DNA of 64,000 nt from Candidatus Kutchimonas denitrificans (GCA_011774835.1 JAACAK010000113.1:5029-69028), one strand, 5' to 3'. Counted from the stretch's first letter, positions 49,810 to 59,587 are shown. Numbers and translations are program-made. Notes: generated by a model from the sequence alone, not told the origin.

Positions 49810-52800
49810 ATGCTCCGTCGTCTAGCGTCCACGAGCTTGCCGGCGCTGTTCGTCACAGCACTGGCCACACCCGTGCAGGCACAAATCGACCCCGAGCTGC
49901 TGGCCGGGATGTCCGCCCGATCGATCGGGCCGGCCGGGATGAGCGGCCGGATCGCGGTGGTGACCGCGGTGGAAACGAACCCCGACATCATCTACGTGGG
50001 AGCCGCGACCGGCGGCGTGTGGAAGTCGACGAACGGTGGGCTCAACTTCGAGCCGCTGTTCGACGATCAGCCGGTGGCGGCGATCGGTGCGATCGCTATC
50101 AACCAGTCGAGTCCCGACATCGTGTGGGTGGGGACCGGTGAAGGGAACACGCGGAACAGCGTATCGGTGGGGAACGGTGTCTACCGGTCGCTGGACGGCG
50201 GCCGCAGCTGGACTCACCTGGGTCTCGAGGGGGCCGAGCGGATCCATCGCATCCTCCTGCACCCGGACGATCCGGACGTGGCGTACGTGGCGGCGATGGG
50301 CGCGCTGTGGGGCGAGAACCCGGAGCGCGGCGTCTACAAGACGGTCGATGGCGGTGCCACGTGGCAGAAGGTCCTCTACGTCGATGAGCGGACCGGTGTC
50401 GCCGACCTGGTGATGGACCCGAGGAACCCGAACAAGCTGTTCGCGGCGATGTGGGAGTACCGGCGCTGGCCGTGGTTCTTCCGCTCCGGCGGTCCCGGCT
50501 CGGGGCTGTACCTGACGGTGGACGGCGGCCGGAACTGGAAGGAGCTGACACCCGAGGACGGCCTGCCGGAAGGCGACCTGGGCCGCATGGGCCTGGGGAT
50601 CGCGGCGTCGGACCCGGACATCGTCTACGCCTACGTCGAGGCGGAGGACCACAACGCGATCTACCGGTCGAACGACGGCGGCTTCAGCTGGAGGAAAACC
50701 GACAGCGAAGGCCCGGTGGGAAACCGGCCGTTCTACTATGCCGACATCCGGGTCGACCCGCAGGACCCGAATCGAGTTTACAGCCTCTGGTCGAGGCTGA
50801 GCGTGTCGATCGACGGCGGCGAGTCGTTCGAGATGCTGGGCTCGTTCCGCGACGCGCCGCACCCGGACCATCACGCGATGTGGATCAACCCGAACGATCC
50901 CACGCACATCATCGAGGGGAACGACGGCGGCGTCTACATGAGCCGCGACCGGGGTGAGACGTGGCGGTTCGTCTCCAACCTGCCGCTGGCCCAGTACTAC
51001 CACATCAACGTCGATATGGATCAGCCGTACCACGTGTTGGGCGGCATGCAGGACAACGGGTCGTGGCGCGGCCCGGCCTACGTGCTGGAGAACGGCGGCA
51101 TCCGCAACCACCATTGGGAGGAGGTCGGTTTCGGCGATGGCTTCGCGGTGCTGGCCGTGCCCGAGGATCCGACCGTCGGCTACTCGATGAGCCAGGAAGG
51201 CAACCTGATGCGCTGGGACGTGAAGACGGGCGAGCGCAAGAGCATCCGGCCGGTGCATCCGGAAGGCGTCGAGCTCCGCTTCAACTGGAACGCGGCCATC
51301 GCCATCGATCCGTTCGATCCCAACACCGTCTACTACGGCAGCCAGTTCGTCCACAGGTCCACCGACCGGGGCGATTCGTGGGAGATCATCAGCCCCGACC
51401 TGACGACCGACAACCCGGAATGGCAGAGGCAGGGAGAGAGCGGCGGCCTGACGCTGGACGTCACCGGGGCAGAGAACTTCACGACGATAATCACTATAGC
51501 GCCCAGCCCGCTGGAGCGCGGCGTGATCTGGGTGGGCACCGATGACGGCCGGGTCCACGTCACTCGCGACGGCGGCGGCAGGTGGACCAGCCTGGAGGAC
51601 CGGATCAGGGACGTGCCCGAAAACACCTGGGTGCCCCACATCGAGCCCTCCAGATTCGATCCGGCCGAGGCCTTCGTGGTCTTCGACAACCACCGACGCT
51701 CCGACTGGACGCCTTACGTTTACGTGACCGGCGATTACGGCCGCAGCTGGCGCAGCCTGGCCACCGACGACCTCCGGGGCTATGCGCTGGCCGTCGAGCA
51801 GGACCCCGTCAAACGGGACCTGCTCTTCCTGGGCACCGAGTTCGGACTCTGGTTCACCCTGGACGGCGGCCGCCAGTGGCACAAGTGGACCCATGGGTTC
51901 CCGACGGTCGCCGCCAGGGCGCTGGTCATCCACCCGCGCGAGCACGACCTGGTCGTTGGCACCCACGGCCGCGCGGCCTACATCATCGACGACATTCGCC
52001 CCCTGCGTTCCGTCGAACCGCAGCTGCTGGCCGCGCCGCTCCACCTGTTCGAAATCCCCGACGCGATCCAGTACAACATCGGCCAGACGGGCGCCTCGCG
52101 CTTCCCCGGCTCCGGCGAGTTCCGCGGCGAGAACCGTGAGTACGGCGCCGTGATCACCTTCTCCCTCAGCGACGAGAAGTTGCCTCACCCGAACGAGGAG
52201 ATCGAGCGTCAGCGCAAGGCGGCCGAGCGGCAGCACCAGGCCGAGGCGGCGGAGGAGGAGGAAGCCGAGGAGGAGGCGTCCGGCCCGACCGCGCGCGGCC
52301 GCGATCGCGGTCCGCAGGTCGAGGTCGAGATCAGCGACGCCGACGGCGAAGTCGTCAACAGCTTCGAGCGGCCGGTGAAGCTGGGCGTGAACCGGATCGC
52401 CTGGAACCTGCGGCACGACGGGTTCGAGCGGCCCCAGGCCGGCCGCGAAGAGGGCGGCGGCGGCTTCTTCTTCGGCGGCGGCTTCGGCCCCGCAGTCGTG
52501 CCCGGCATCTACACGGTGACGCTGAAGTACGGCGAGCACGAGGCGAGCGGCACCGTGAACGTCTTGCAGGACCCGCGGTTCAACCTCACGCTGGCCCAGC
52601 GGCAGGCCAAGCTCGATGCCCTGATGCACGCCGGTGCGGTTCAGGAAGTCCTGGCGGAAGCGGTGAGCCGTCTGCGCGATACCCGGGACGAGATCGACAA
52701 GGTCCTGGGCATGGTGAGCGAGCCGCCGGAGACGGAGGCCACCGACGGCGAAGAGGGTCAGACGGAGGTGGCCGAAGCCCCTTCGGCTCGCGGACAGGCC

Positions 52801-53160
52801 GTCCGGGCCGGCGGCGCCAACCGGGAGCTGATGCGCGAGGCGCGGAACCTGAAGCGCAAGCTCACCGAGCTGGAAGAGCGACTATGGGAGCCGCCCAGCC
52901 AGGGGAAGAGCGAGATCACGGCGGACACCACGATCTACTCGCGGGTGCGCAGCGCCTACTTCTCGATGAGCTCCTCGTGGGATGAGCCGACCGAGGCGCA
53001 GACCTGGTTGTTGGAGCATGCCGAGACGCGTCTGCAGGAGGCGCTGGACGAGATCAACCGGACCTTCGCAGAGGATGTCGCGGCGTTCAGGGAGAGCGTC
53101 ATGGCCGCCGGATTGACGTTCCTCGAAGCGGAGGATCCGCTGGAGCTTCCGGTCCGGTAG
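49810..53160 (+). CDS. Secreted sortilin/VPS10-BNR-repeat beta-propeller protein (glycosyl-hydrolase-like) with acidic or coiled C-terminal region
   Basis: Signal peptide 'LPALFVTALATPVQAQ'. Repeated 'S.DGG.SW' BNR motifs (YRSLDGGRSWTH, KTVDGGATWQK, LTVDGGRNWKE, SNDGGFSWRK, SRDRGETWRF, STDRGDSWEI, TRDGGGRWTS). CAGGAGG precedes the ATG at 49810. Confidence 0.85.
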   Translation: MLRRLASTSLPALFVTALATPVQAQIDPELLAGMSARSIGPAGMSGRIAVVTAVETNPDIIYVGAATGGVWKSTNGGLNFEPLFDDQPVAAIGAIAINQSSPDIVWVGTGEGNTRNSVSVGNGVYRSLDGGRSWTHLGLEGAERIHRILLHPDDPDVAYVAAMGALWGENPERGVYKTVDGGATWQKVLYVDERTGVADLVMDPRNPNKLFAAMWEYRRWPWFFRSGGPGSGLYLTVDGGRNWKELTPEDGLPEGDLGRMGLGIAASDPDIVYAYVEAEDHNAIYRSNDGGFSWRKTDSEGPVGNRPFYYADIRVDPQDPNRVYSLWSRLSVSIDGGESFEMLGSFRDAPHPDHHAMWINPNDPTHIIEGNDGGVYMSRDRGETWRFVSNLPLAQYYHINVDMDQPYHVLGGMQDNGSWRGPAYVLENGGIRNHHWEEVGFGDGFAVLAVPEDPTVGYSMSQEGNLMRWDVKTGERKSIRPVHPEGVELRFNWNAAIAIDPFDPNTVYYGSQFVHRSTDRGDSWEIISPDLTTDNPEWQRQGESGGLTLDVTGAENFTTIITIAPSPLERGVIWVGTDDGRVHVTRDGGGRWTSLEDRIRDVPENTWVPHIEPSRFDPAEAFVVFDNHRRSDWTPYVYVTGDYGRSWRSLATDDLRGYALAVEQDPVKRDLLFLGTEFGLWFTLDGGRQWHKWTHGFPTVAARALVIHPREHDLVVGTHGRAAYIIDDIRPLRSVEPQLLAAPLHLFEIPDAIQYNIGQTGASRFPGSGEFRGENREYGAVITFSLSDEKLPHPNEEIERQRKAAERQHQAEAAEEEEAEEEASGPTARGRDRGPQVEVEISDADGEVVNSFERPVKLGVNRIAWNLRHDGFERPQAGREEGGGGFFFGGGFGPAVVPGIYTVTLKYGEHEASGTVNVLQDPRFNLTLAQRQAKLDALMHAGAVQEVLAEAVSRLRDTRDEIDKVLGMVSEPPETEATDGEEGQTEVAEAPSARGQAVRAGGANRELMREARNLKRKLTELEERLWEPPSQGKSEITADTTIYSRVRSAYFSMSSSWDEPTEAQTWLLEHAETRLQEALDEINRTFAEDVAAFRESVMAAGLTFLEAEDPLELPVR

Positions 53161-53186
53161 CGGGGATCTCTCGCTCAGGAAAATCT

Positions 53187-53341
53187 GGAAGTGGGAAGTT
53201 GGATGATGAACGTTGAAGGTTCGACTTGGTGATCCACCGTTGACGGTTGTGCGTTGGGCATTTGGTTCGTGCAATGTCAAACGCCCCAATCGTCAAGTCG
53301 ATCGGCCAACGTTCATCGTCCAACTTCCTACTTCCAGGTTT
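53187..53341. repeat. Repeat family 2, copy B (same orientation as copy A)
   Basis: ggaagtgggaagttggatgatgaacgttgaagg...gggcatttggttcgtgcaatgtcaaacgccccaatcgtcaag...ccaacgttcatcgtccaacttcctacttccaggttt. It overlaps the TAA of the convergent OMP gene (53340-53342). Confidence 0.85.
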
Positions 53342-53828
53342 AGTTGCCGGCCCAAAGGTTGAAGAGCAGCCCACCCGCCAACACGAACTGGTCGCCGCCG
53401 CCCAGCTCCACACGTAACTCCCCGAACGGAACGACCGGACCGGCCACGTACTTGACGCCGGCCAACAGGTTGGCGCCGACATCGGTCTGCGATGCACTGT
53501 CGATCGTACTTCGGGCGATGTTGACACCCGCCCCGGCGTACGGTGAGAGCGAGGGGTGATCGATCGGGATCCTGTAGACCGCGTTCAGGTTGACCTCCCA
53601 GTACTCCACGTCCTCGGTCGACGGAGGCTTCTCGGGGAAAAAGTAGTCGAACGATCCGCTAAACTCGATCGCCGGGTCTACCCACGGCGAGTTGGCCGTG
53701 AGCCGAGCGCCGAACGCGAAGTCGGCCTCGTCTCCCCAGCCGATATGCGCGCCCAGATTCACCTGGGCCGCCGCGGCGGCCGGGACCAGTAGCAGGGTCG
53801 GGACCACGCCCAGCAACAGCCTCTTCAT
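53340..53828 (-). CDS. Small outer-membrane beta-barrel protein
   Basis: Signal peptide 'LLLGVVPTLLLVPAAAAAQ'. Alternating beta-strand pattern with an aromatic-rich C-terminus. GGAGG precedes the ATG at 53828. Confidence 0.7.
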   Translation of the reverse strand: MKRLLLGVVPTLLLVPAAAAAQVNLGAHIGWGDEADFAFGARLTANSPWVDPAIEFSGSFDYFFPEKPPSTEDVEYWEVNLNAVYRIPIDHPSLSPYAGAGVNIARSTIDSASQTDVGANLLAGVKYVAGPVVPFGELRVELGGGDQFVLAGGLLFNLWAGN

Positions 53829-53952
53829 CGACGTCCTCCGGCAGATGCGTTTGGAGAGCAACGAACCGGGCGAAGATGGGCCGGGTGCGGGCGGCGCGTC
53901 AATGCTGAGAGGGCGGGGAGGCGGGGGGTTGACAGAGGGGCGAGCGGGGGAT

Positions 53953-53973
53953 ATAGTTGTCACCAACAACTAT
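53953..53973. promoter_or_regulatory. Perfect 8-bp inverted repeat ATAGTTGT-N5-ACAACTAT in the marR promoter region (putative MarR operator)
   Basis: It lies 14 nt upstream of the marR ATG, in an AT-richer patch containing TATA-like hexamers, between divergent genes. Confidence 0.5.
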
Positions 53974-53986
53974 TAACGGAGCCCGT

Positions 53987-54502
53987 ATGAGCATCCTTCA
54001 GCAAACCACGACTCGACATGATCCCAATTCCTCGCTGGAAGCCGACGCACTCGCCCTACACCGGGTGCTGATCGAGCTGAAGCGGGCCTATCAGTTCCGG
54101 GACCGGGAATGCATCTGCTGCTACGACGTGTCGGTCACCCAGTGCTGGGCGCTGGAGGCGCTGGTCCGGTGCGAGGTCCTGACGCTGAACGAGCTGGCGG
54201 CGGAGCTCTACCTGGAGAAGAGCACGGCGAGCCGGGTGGTGAGCGCGCTGGAGCGGAAGGGTTACGTGGAGCGTGCCCGGCATCCGGAAGACGGACGGGC
54301 GCTGGCGTTGCGGGCGACGGAGGGGGGGCGACGTCTGTACCGTGACATCGAGCGGGACCTGCTGGCGCAGGAGCGCGAGCTCCTGGAGGAGTTCGATCCG
54401 CAAGTGAGGGGGGCGATGGTCGAGCTGCTGGGAGGGCTGGCCGAGGCGGCGAATTCGAGGCTGATCGCGGAGGATGGAAAATGTTGCAGCTTGCCCAGAT
54501 GA
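53987..54502 (+). CDS. MarR-family transcriptional regulator
   Basis: Winged-helix 'LTLNELAAELYLEKSTASRVVSALERKGYVERARHPEDGRALAL'. ATG at 53987 with GGAG upstream. Confidence 0.85.
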   Translation: MSILQQTTTRHDPNSSLEADALALHRVLIELKRAYQFRDRECICCYDVSVTQCWALEALVRCEVLTLNELAAELYLEKSTASRVVSALERKGYVERARHPEDGRALALRATEGGRRLYRDIERDLLAQERELLEEFDPQVRGAMVELLGGLAEAANSRLIAEDGKCCSLPR

Positions 54503-54675
54503 ATTCGAGACCGGAGTTGTGCTGCGCGACAGGCAGCGGTACGGTAAGCGATTCGGCGGAAGCCGCTGACTCGTTGCTGGAACGGGCTGTGGACAGGTTG
54601 CGGAACACGATCTTCGGCTACCGCTATCTGTTGTTGAAGAGCCGGTACAAACGTGAACGTGAAAGTGAACGGTAG
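54499..54675 (+). CDS. Possible small CC-motif protein (58 aa) between marR and arsM
   Basis: The ATG overlaps the marR TGA (ATGA at 54499-54502) and the ORF ends 2 nt before the arsM ATG. 'ELCCATGSG' echoes the ArsM N-terminal 'SCCAGSG'. However GC3 is only moderate and no family is recognised. Confidence 0.25.
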   Translation: MNSRPELCCATGSGTVSDSAEAADSLLERAVDRLRNTIFGYRYLLLKSRYKRERESER

Positions 54676-54677
54676 CG

Positions 54678-55511
54678 ATGAAAAAGATAGAAGACATCCG
54701 TGAGGCGGTGCGCGAGCGCTACGCCACGGCAGCCAAGCGAGCGGCGGGGGCGGAGCGAGCGAGTTGCTGCGGCCCTGGAGAATCCAGCTGCTGCGCCGGT
54801 TCCGGCGAGGAGGACGTGATCACCCGGGACCTGTACACGACTGAGGAACTGGCGCAGGTAACCGATTCGGCAGCGCTGGCATCGCTGGGCTGTGGAAACC
54901 CGACGGCGCTGGCCGAGCTTAGTGAAGGCGAGGTGGTGCTCGATCTGGGTTCGGGCGGTGGGATCGATGTGCTCCTGTCCGCGCAACGTGTGGGCCCAAC
55001 GGGCAAGGCCTATGGCCTGGACATGACGGACGAGATGCTGGAGCTGGGGCGCCGCAACCAGCGGGAGCTGGGGATAGATAATGCCGAGTTCCTGAAGGGC
55101 ACGATAGAGGAGATCCCGCTACCCGATGAGAGCGTGGACGTCATCATCTCGAATTGCGTGATCAACCTATCGACGGACAAGGATCGGGTGCTGGGAGAGG
55201 CGTACCGAGTGTTGCGTCCGGGGGGACGGCTCGCGGTATCGGATGTCGTCTTTCAGGGGGAGGTGCCCGCGGCGGTGAAGGAAAGCATCGAGGCATGGAG
55301 TGGATGTCTGGCCGGTGCGCTACACGAGGACGAGTATCGTACGAAACTCGCCGGAGCCGGGTTCGTAGATATCGATGTGGAGATCACTCGAGCTTACGGT
55401 GCCGAGGAGCTTCGACTTCTCGGCCGCGAGTTCGGCGTCGAGCTGGAGGACGCCTGGCTGGAGCAGGGGCGGTTTTCGTCGGCGTTCGTGCGGGGACGAC
55501 GACCGGAGTGA
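54678..55511 (+). CDS. arsM: Arsenite S-adenosylmethionine methyltransferase (canonical all-Cys form)
   Basis: 'VLDLGSGGGID' plus the conserved cysteines 'SCCGPGESSCCAGSG', 'LGCGNP', 'ISNCVINL' and 'WSGCLAGAL'. Confidence 0.88.
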   Translation: MKKIEDIREAVRERYATAAKRAAGAERASCCGPGESSCCAGSGEEDVITRDLYTTEELAQVTDSAALASLGCGNPTALAELSEGEVVLDLGSGGGIDVLLSAQRVGPTGKAYGLDMTDEMLELGRRNQRELGIDNAEFLKGTIEEIPLPDESVDVIISNCVINLSTDKDRVLGEAYRVLRPGGRLAVSDVVFQGEVPAAVKESIEAWSGCLAGALHEDEYRTKLAGAGFVDIDVEITRAYGAEELRLLGREFGVELEDAWLEQGRFSSAFVRGRRPE

Positions 55512-55590
55512 CGTCGACCCACCGTAGCCGCCGACCGGTGTGGACTATTGCGACCCGGGGCGAGGGCTGAGTAATCTCCCCGGGTTTGCC

Positions 55591-57666
55591 ATGGATAATT
55601 CCTATATGATTGCAGGTGTGCTCGAGCGCGCCGCCCGCAGCTTGCTGCGTCTGCCCGCGCTCTTCTTTTGGGTCGGCTGGGTCGCCGCGGCGCCGGCCGC
55701 GGCGCAGGAGCCGCAGGACACGACCGCACGCGACACGCTTCCCCTCGACACGGTCTACGTCGAGGAGATCAAGGTGACTGTGGCGCGGCCGGTGACGACG
55801 GCGGGCGGTGCGGCGGCCGTGGCGGTGGCCCTGGACTCGGTGCGCTCCGGGCCGTCGCCCACGCTGGCCGAAGTTCTGCGAGACCTGCCGTTGATCCAGG
55901 TGCGGGAGAACAGTCGTGGCGAAGTGCAGCCGTCGGTGCGCGGGATGGAATCGCGGCGCGTGGCGGTACTGGTGGATGGTGTGCCGATCACGTTGGGTTG
56001 GGACGCCCGTACCGACCTGTCGGTGGTGCCGCTGACGGCGGCGCGGCGCCTGACGCTGGTGCGGGGTCTGTCGTCGGTGCTGTACGGACCGAACGCGCTG
56101 GGCGGAGCGGTGCTGGTGGAGATCGGGGAAGGGGAGGGTCGCATCCTCGGGCCGACGCCGCTGCAGATGAGCGCCGGGGTCGACGACGAGGGCAACAACG
56201 CCGTGGCCCTCGGCCTGTCCACCCTGGTCGAGACCAACTCCGGCGAGCTGCTGTTGCGGGGCGGCGGCGGCTACCGCAAGCGCTCTCACTGGCCGGCCCC
56301 GTCGGGAGTGTCGATCCCGGGCGGCGCTTCGACCATCCTCAACAGCGACCTGGAGCACGGCAACGGGTACGTGTCGGCCCGCTACCAGACCGACGGGGGC
56401 GCCTGGTACGCCCTGTCGTCTTTCGGGTTCGTGGCGGAGAAGGGTGTGCCGCCGGAGCTCCATGTGGCCGAGCCGCGGCTGTGGCGGTATCCGAACACGT
56501 GGCGTTGGGTCACCGCGCTGTCGGCGGGAACCGGCTGGAAAGAAACGCCCTGGGGGGAGGGCGATCTTGAGGCCAGCATCGGCATCGATTTCGGCGAAAC
56601 GGAGATCGACACCTACGAGACTCTGGCCTACGACTCGATCACCGGGGGCGAGCGAGGAGACGACCGAACCCTGTCGCTCCGTCTGCTGGCCGATCATTCC
56701 CTGGGCGCCGGCATTCTCCGCAGCGCCCTGACGCTGGCCGAGTCGCGTCACATCGAGATCATCGACGACGGCGACCCCAACAGGTATCGCCAGAGGTTCC
56801 TGAGCTTCGGGCTCGAGGCCGAGCAGCCGATCATGAGTGACGCCGACGGACGTAGGGCCCGGCTCTCGGTCGGATTCAGCGTGGATGGGTCCGACACGCC
56901 GGAGACGGGCCCGGCCGAGCCCCGCGACGCCATCTGGGCCTGGGGCGCCCGCGCCGGCGGCACGCTGGTGCTGGCCCGTGGCGACCTGTTGCTGAACGGC
57001 GGCGTGAGCCGCCGCGTGCGTTTCCCGGCGCTGCGCGAGCTCTACTCCGGTGCCCTGGGGCGCTTCGTGGTCAACCCGACGCTCGATCCCGAGGTCCTGG
57101 CCGTGGCCGAGCTGGGAGCCACCTTCCGGTTCGGAGCGCTCGAGGCGCAGACGGTCACTTTCTATCAGCGGCTCAGCGACGCGATCGTTCGGGTCAGCCT
57201 GGGTGACGGCAGGCTCCAGCGCCAGAACCGCGATCGAATCACGAGCGCCGGACTCGAGGTGCTGCTGGATCTGACCGTTGGCCGGGCTTCCATCACCGGA
57301 AACACGACGATTCAGAACGTGGATCTGACGGATCCGACCGCCCCGCAGGAGCAGCGCCGCCCCGAGTACCAGCCGTGGTTCATCGGTGGGGTGGGCACCT
57401 CGCTGCGTCTGGGGAACGGCTTCTGGACGGCGGTCAACCTCGAACACATGGCGCCGCAGTTCTGCGTCCACCCCGACCTGGGTCGCGAAGTGAGGTTGGC
57501 CGCGAGCACGTGGCTCGACCTGCAGCTCGGCAAGACCCTGATCGTTGGCGGTCGGCGATCCGAGGCGACCCTGGCCGTCAACAACGTCACCGATTCGTCC
57601 GTCTTCGATCAGTGCGGCCTGCCGCAGCCCGGCCGGGTCTTCAGGTTGCAGCTCCGTCTATTTTGA
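55591..57666 (+). CDS. TonB-dependent receptor
   Basis: Signal-like N-terminus and a plug region ('LIQVRENSRGEVQPSVRGMESRRVAVLVDGVPI'). The barrel ends '...VFRLQLRLF'. Start uncertain (55540 or 55591). Confidence 0.85.
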   Translation: MDNSYMIAGVLERAARSLLRLPALFFWVGWVAAAPAAAQEPQDTTARDTLPLDTVYVEEIKVTVARPVTTAGGAAAVAVALDSVRSGPSPTLAEVLRDLPLIQVRENSRGEVQPSVRGMESRRVAVLVDGVPITLGWDARTDLSVVPLTAARRLTLVRGLSSVLYGPNALGGAVLVEIGEGEGRILGPTPLQMSAGVDDEGNNAVALGLSTLVETNSGELLLRGGGGYRKRSHWPAPSGVSIPGGASTILNSDLEHGNGYVSARYQTDGGAWYALSSFGFVAEKGVPPELHVAEPRLWRYPNTWRWVTALSAGTGWKETPWGEGDLEASIGIDFGETEIDTYETLAYDSITGGERGDDRTLSLRLLADHSLGAGILRSALTLAESRHIEIIDDGDPNRYRQRFLSFGLEAEQPIMSDADGRRARLSVGFSVDGSDTPETGPAEPRDAIWAWGARAGGTLVLARGDLLLNGGVSRRVRFPALRELYSGALGRFVVNPTLDPEVLAVAELGATFRFGALEAQTVTFYQRLSDAIVRVSLGDGRLQRQNRDRITSAGLEVLLDLTVGRASITGNTTIQNVDLTDPTAPQEQRRPEYQPWFIGGVGTSLRLGNGFWTAVNLEHMAPQFCVHPDLGREVRLAASTWLDLQLGKTLIVGGRRSEATLAVNNVTDSSVFDQCGLPQPGRVFRLQLRLF

Positions 57667-57710
57667 TCTGCCGGTCACGGTCTCTACTCATGGGTTTGGA
57701 GAGAAAGGAC

Positions 57711-58880
57711 ATGATGGCGCTGGCGGTTTCGCTTCTGAGCTCGCTCATCCTCGTCGGCTGCCCGGACTCCAGCACGCCGACGAACGGCGGTGACGGGGAA
57801 GACAACGGCGATCCGCCACCGGATTTCCAGCTGGCTGTCCAGGTCGTCGCCAGCGGTCTGGCGAGCCCGCTCTATCTGACGGCGCCGCCGGGTGACCCGC
57901 GGCTCTTCGTCGTCGAGCAGGCGGGCCGGGTGCTGATCGTCCAGGACGGGCAGCTGCTTTCGACACCGTTTCTCGACATCCGCGACAGCGTGCGCAGCGG
58001 CGGCGAGCGGGGGCTGTTGAGCATCGCGTTCCATCCGGATTACGCGAGCAACGGTCTGTTCTTCGTCAGCTACACCTCCGAGCCGGACGGCGATACACGC
58101 GTTGCCCGCTACAGCGTGAGCGCCGATCCGAACCGCGCCGATCTCGAGTCGGCCCGGGTCATCCTCGAGCGAACGCAGCCGTTCGGGAACCACAACGGCG
58201 GCCTCATCGTCTTCGGGCCTGACGGGAAGCTCTACATCGGTCTGGGCGACGGCGGCGGCGGCGGCGATCCACAGGGGAACGGGCAGAACACGGAGACGCT
58301 GCTCGGGGCGCTGCTGCGAATCGATGTCGATGCGGGCGATCCGTACATGAGCCCCGCCGACAACCCGTTTGTCGGTGTGCCCGGCAGGGATGAGATCTGG
58401 GTCTACGGTCTCCGCAATCCCTGGCGGTTCGCCTTCGACCCGGAGGTCGGGGACCTCTATATCGCCGACGTAGGTCAGAACGATTGGGAAGAGGTGAACG
58501 CGGTCTCAGCCAACCAGGCGGGGCTCAACTTCGGTTGGAACATCATGGAGGGCCGCCATTGCTTCCAGGTGGACTCGTGCGAGATGGCGGGCCTGGTCCT
58601 GCCCGTGCTGGAGTACGGCCGCTCGCAAGGGTGCTCGGTGACAGGTGGCTACGTGTATCGCGGGGCGGCCATCCCCGAGATCCAGGGGCATTACTTCTAT
58701 TCCGACTTTTGCAACGGCTTCCTTCGAAGCTTCAGGTACACGGGGAGCGGGATCGCCGACGAGCGGTCGTGGGACGTGGGCGAGCTGGGCTCGGTGCTCT
58801 CGTTCGGTGAGGACGCGATCGGCGAGCTCTACATTCTCTCGGCGAACGGGAGGGTGTACCGTCTGGTTCGTGTGGACTGA
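57711..58880 (+). CDS. PQQ-dependent sugar (glucose/sorbosone) dehydrogenase-like beta-propeller lipoprotein
   Basis: Lipobox 'LSSLILVGCP'. 'GERGLLSIAFHPDY', 'HNGGLIVFGPDGKLYIGLGDGG' and 'IWVYGLRNPWRFAFD' are typical of the SGDH family. Confidence 0.85.
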   Translation: MMALAVSLLSSLILVGCPDSSTPTNGGDGEDNGDPPPDFQLAVQVVASGLASPLYLTAPPGDPRLFVVEQAGRVLIVQDGQLLSTPFLDIRDSVRSGGERGLLSIAFHPDYASNGLFFVSYTSEPDGDTRVARYSVSADPNRADLESARVILERTQPFGNHNGGLIVFGPDGKLYIGLGDGGGGGDPQGNGQNTETLLGALLRIDVDAGDPYMSPADNPFVGVPGRDEIWVYGLRNPWRFAFDPEVGDLYIADVGQNDWEEVNAVSANQAGLNFGWNIMEGRHCFQVDSCEMAGLVLPVLEYGRSQGCSVTGGYVYRGAAIPEIQGHYFYSDFCNGFLRSFRYTGSGIADERSWDVGELGSVLSFGEDAIGELYILSANGRVYRLVRVD

Positions 58881-58933
58881 ACCGTCTGGACGTTGAACGC
58901 CGTTTCTTGAAATCTATCGCTCGCTGACGCCGA

Positions 58934-59587
58934 TCAGCGGTGAGCGTAACCGACCACCACTTGAATCGCGCGGTTCATCACGTCGCCGACACCCCCGTCG
59001 TTAATGTTGGCGAGACCGACGTCATAGCGGACGTCGAGAGTGAGCCCACTGCGATCTCTACCGGCGAGGTCGACACCGGCTCCGATCACGATCCCGTAGT
59101 CGACCGACTTCAGCAACACGGCTTCGGCCTCTGGGCCCGCTTCGCAGTCCGAGCTCACCGGCGTCCCGGCTGCATCGTCGACTTCCTTGCTGCAAGCCAC
59201 CTCGATGGCGCCGTACGGGCCCCCGTAGAGGCGCAGCGTGAGTCCGCTTGGACCCAGGTCCGGGTAAAGGGCCAGGGGGAGCTGGAGCTCGAGGTACGAG
59301 ATCTTGATCCTGCGCTCGCGGACCGGAATCTGGATGGCGATGTCCTTGGCGCCTTTCTGCTGGTAGGACAACTCGGCCTGTACTGACCAAAACTTGCCCA
59401 GCTGGAGACCGCCGAAAACACCGACGCCGAAACCGACTCGGGAATCGAAGTTCAGGTCTCCGGCCAGATCGGAGAAGTTGGGGCCCCCGCGGGCGCCGAC
59501 GACGAAGCCGCCGTCGTCCTGTGCGAGCCCGGTCGACGGCAGCGTGGCAGCCAGCAGGACGACGGCCGCGAGCGGCATTGCTTTCAT
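58934..59587 (-). CDS. Outer-membrane beta-barrel protein (OMP_b-brl/porin-like)
   Basis: Signal peptide 'AAVVLLAATLPSTGLAQ'. Alternating-strand pattern with C-terminal '...VVVGYAHR'. Confidence 0.7.
   Translation of the reverse strand: MKAMPLAAVVLLAATLPSTGLAQDDGGFVVGARGGPNFSDLAGDLNFDSRVGFGVGVFGGLQLGKFWSVQAELSYQQKGAKDIAIQIPVRERRIKISYLELQLPLALYPDLGPSGLTLRLYGGPYGAIEVACSKEVDDAAGTPVSSDCEAGPEAEAVLLKSVDYGIVIGAGVDLAGRDRSGLTLDVRYDVGLANINDGGVGDVMNRAIQVVVGYAHR

Noticed and set aside
49822-52629. 935-aa ORF antisense to the sortilin/BNR gene
   Set aside because: Shadow ORF. The plus strand has seven BNR 'S.DGG.SW' repeats and a signal peptide.
55384-57471. 695-aa ORF antisense to the TonB-dependent receptor
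   Set aside because: Shadow ORF with no motifs.
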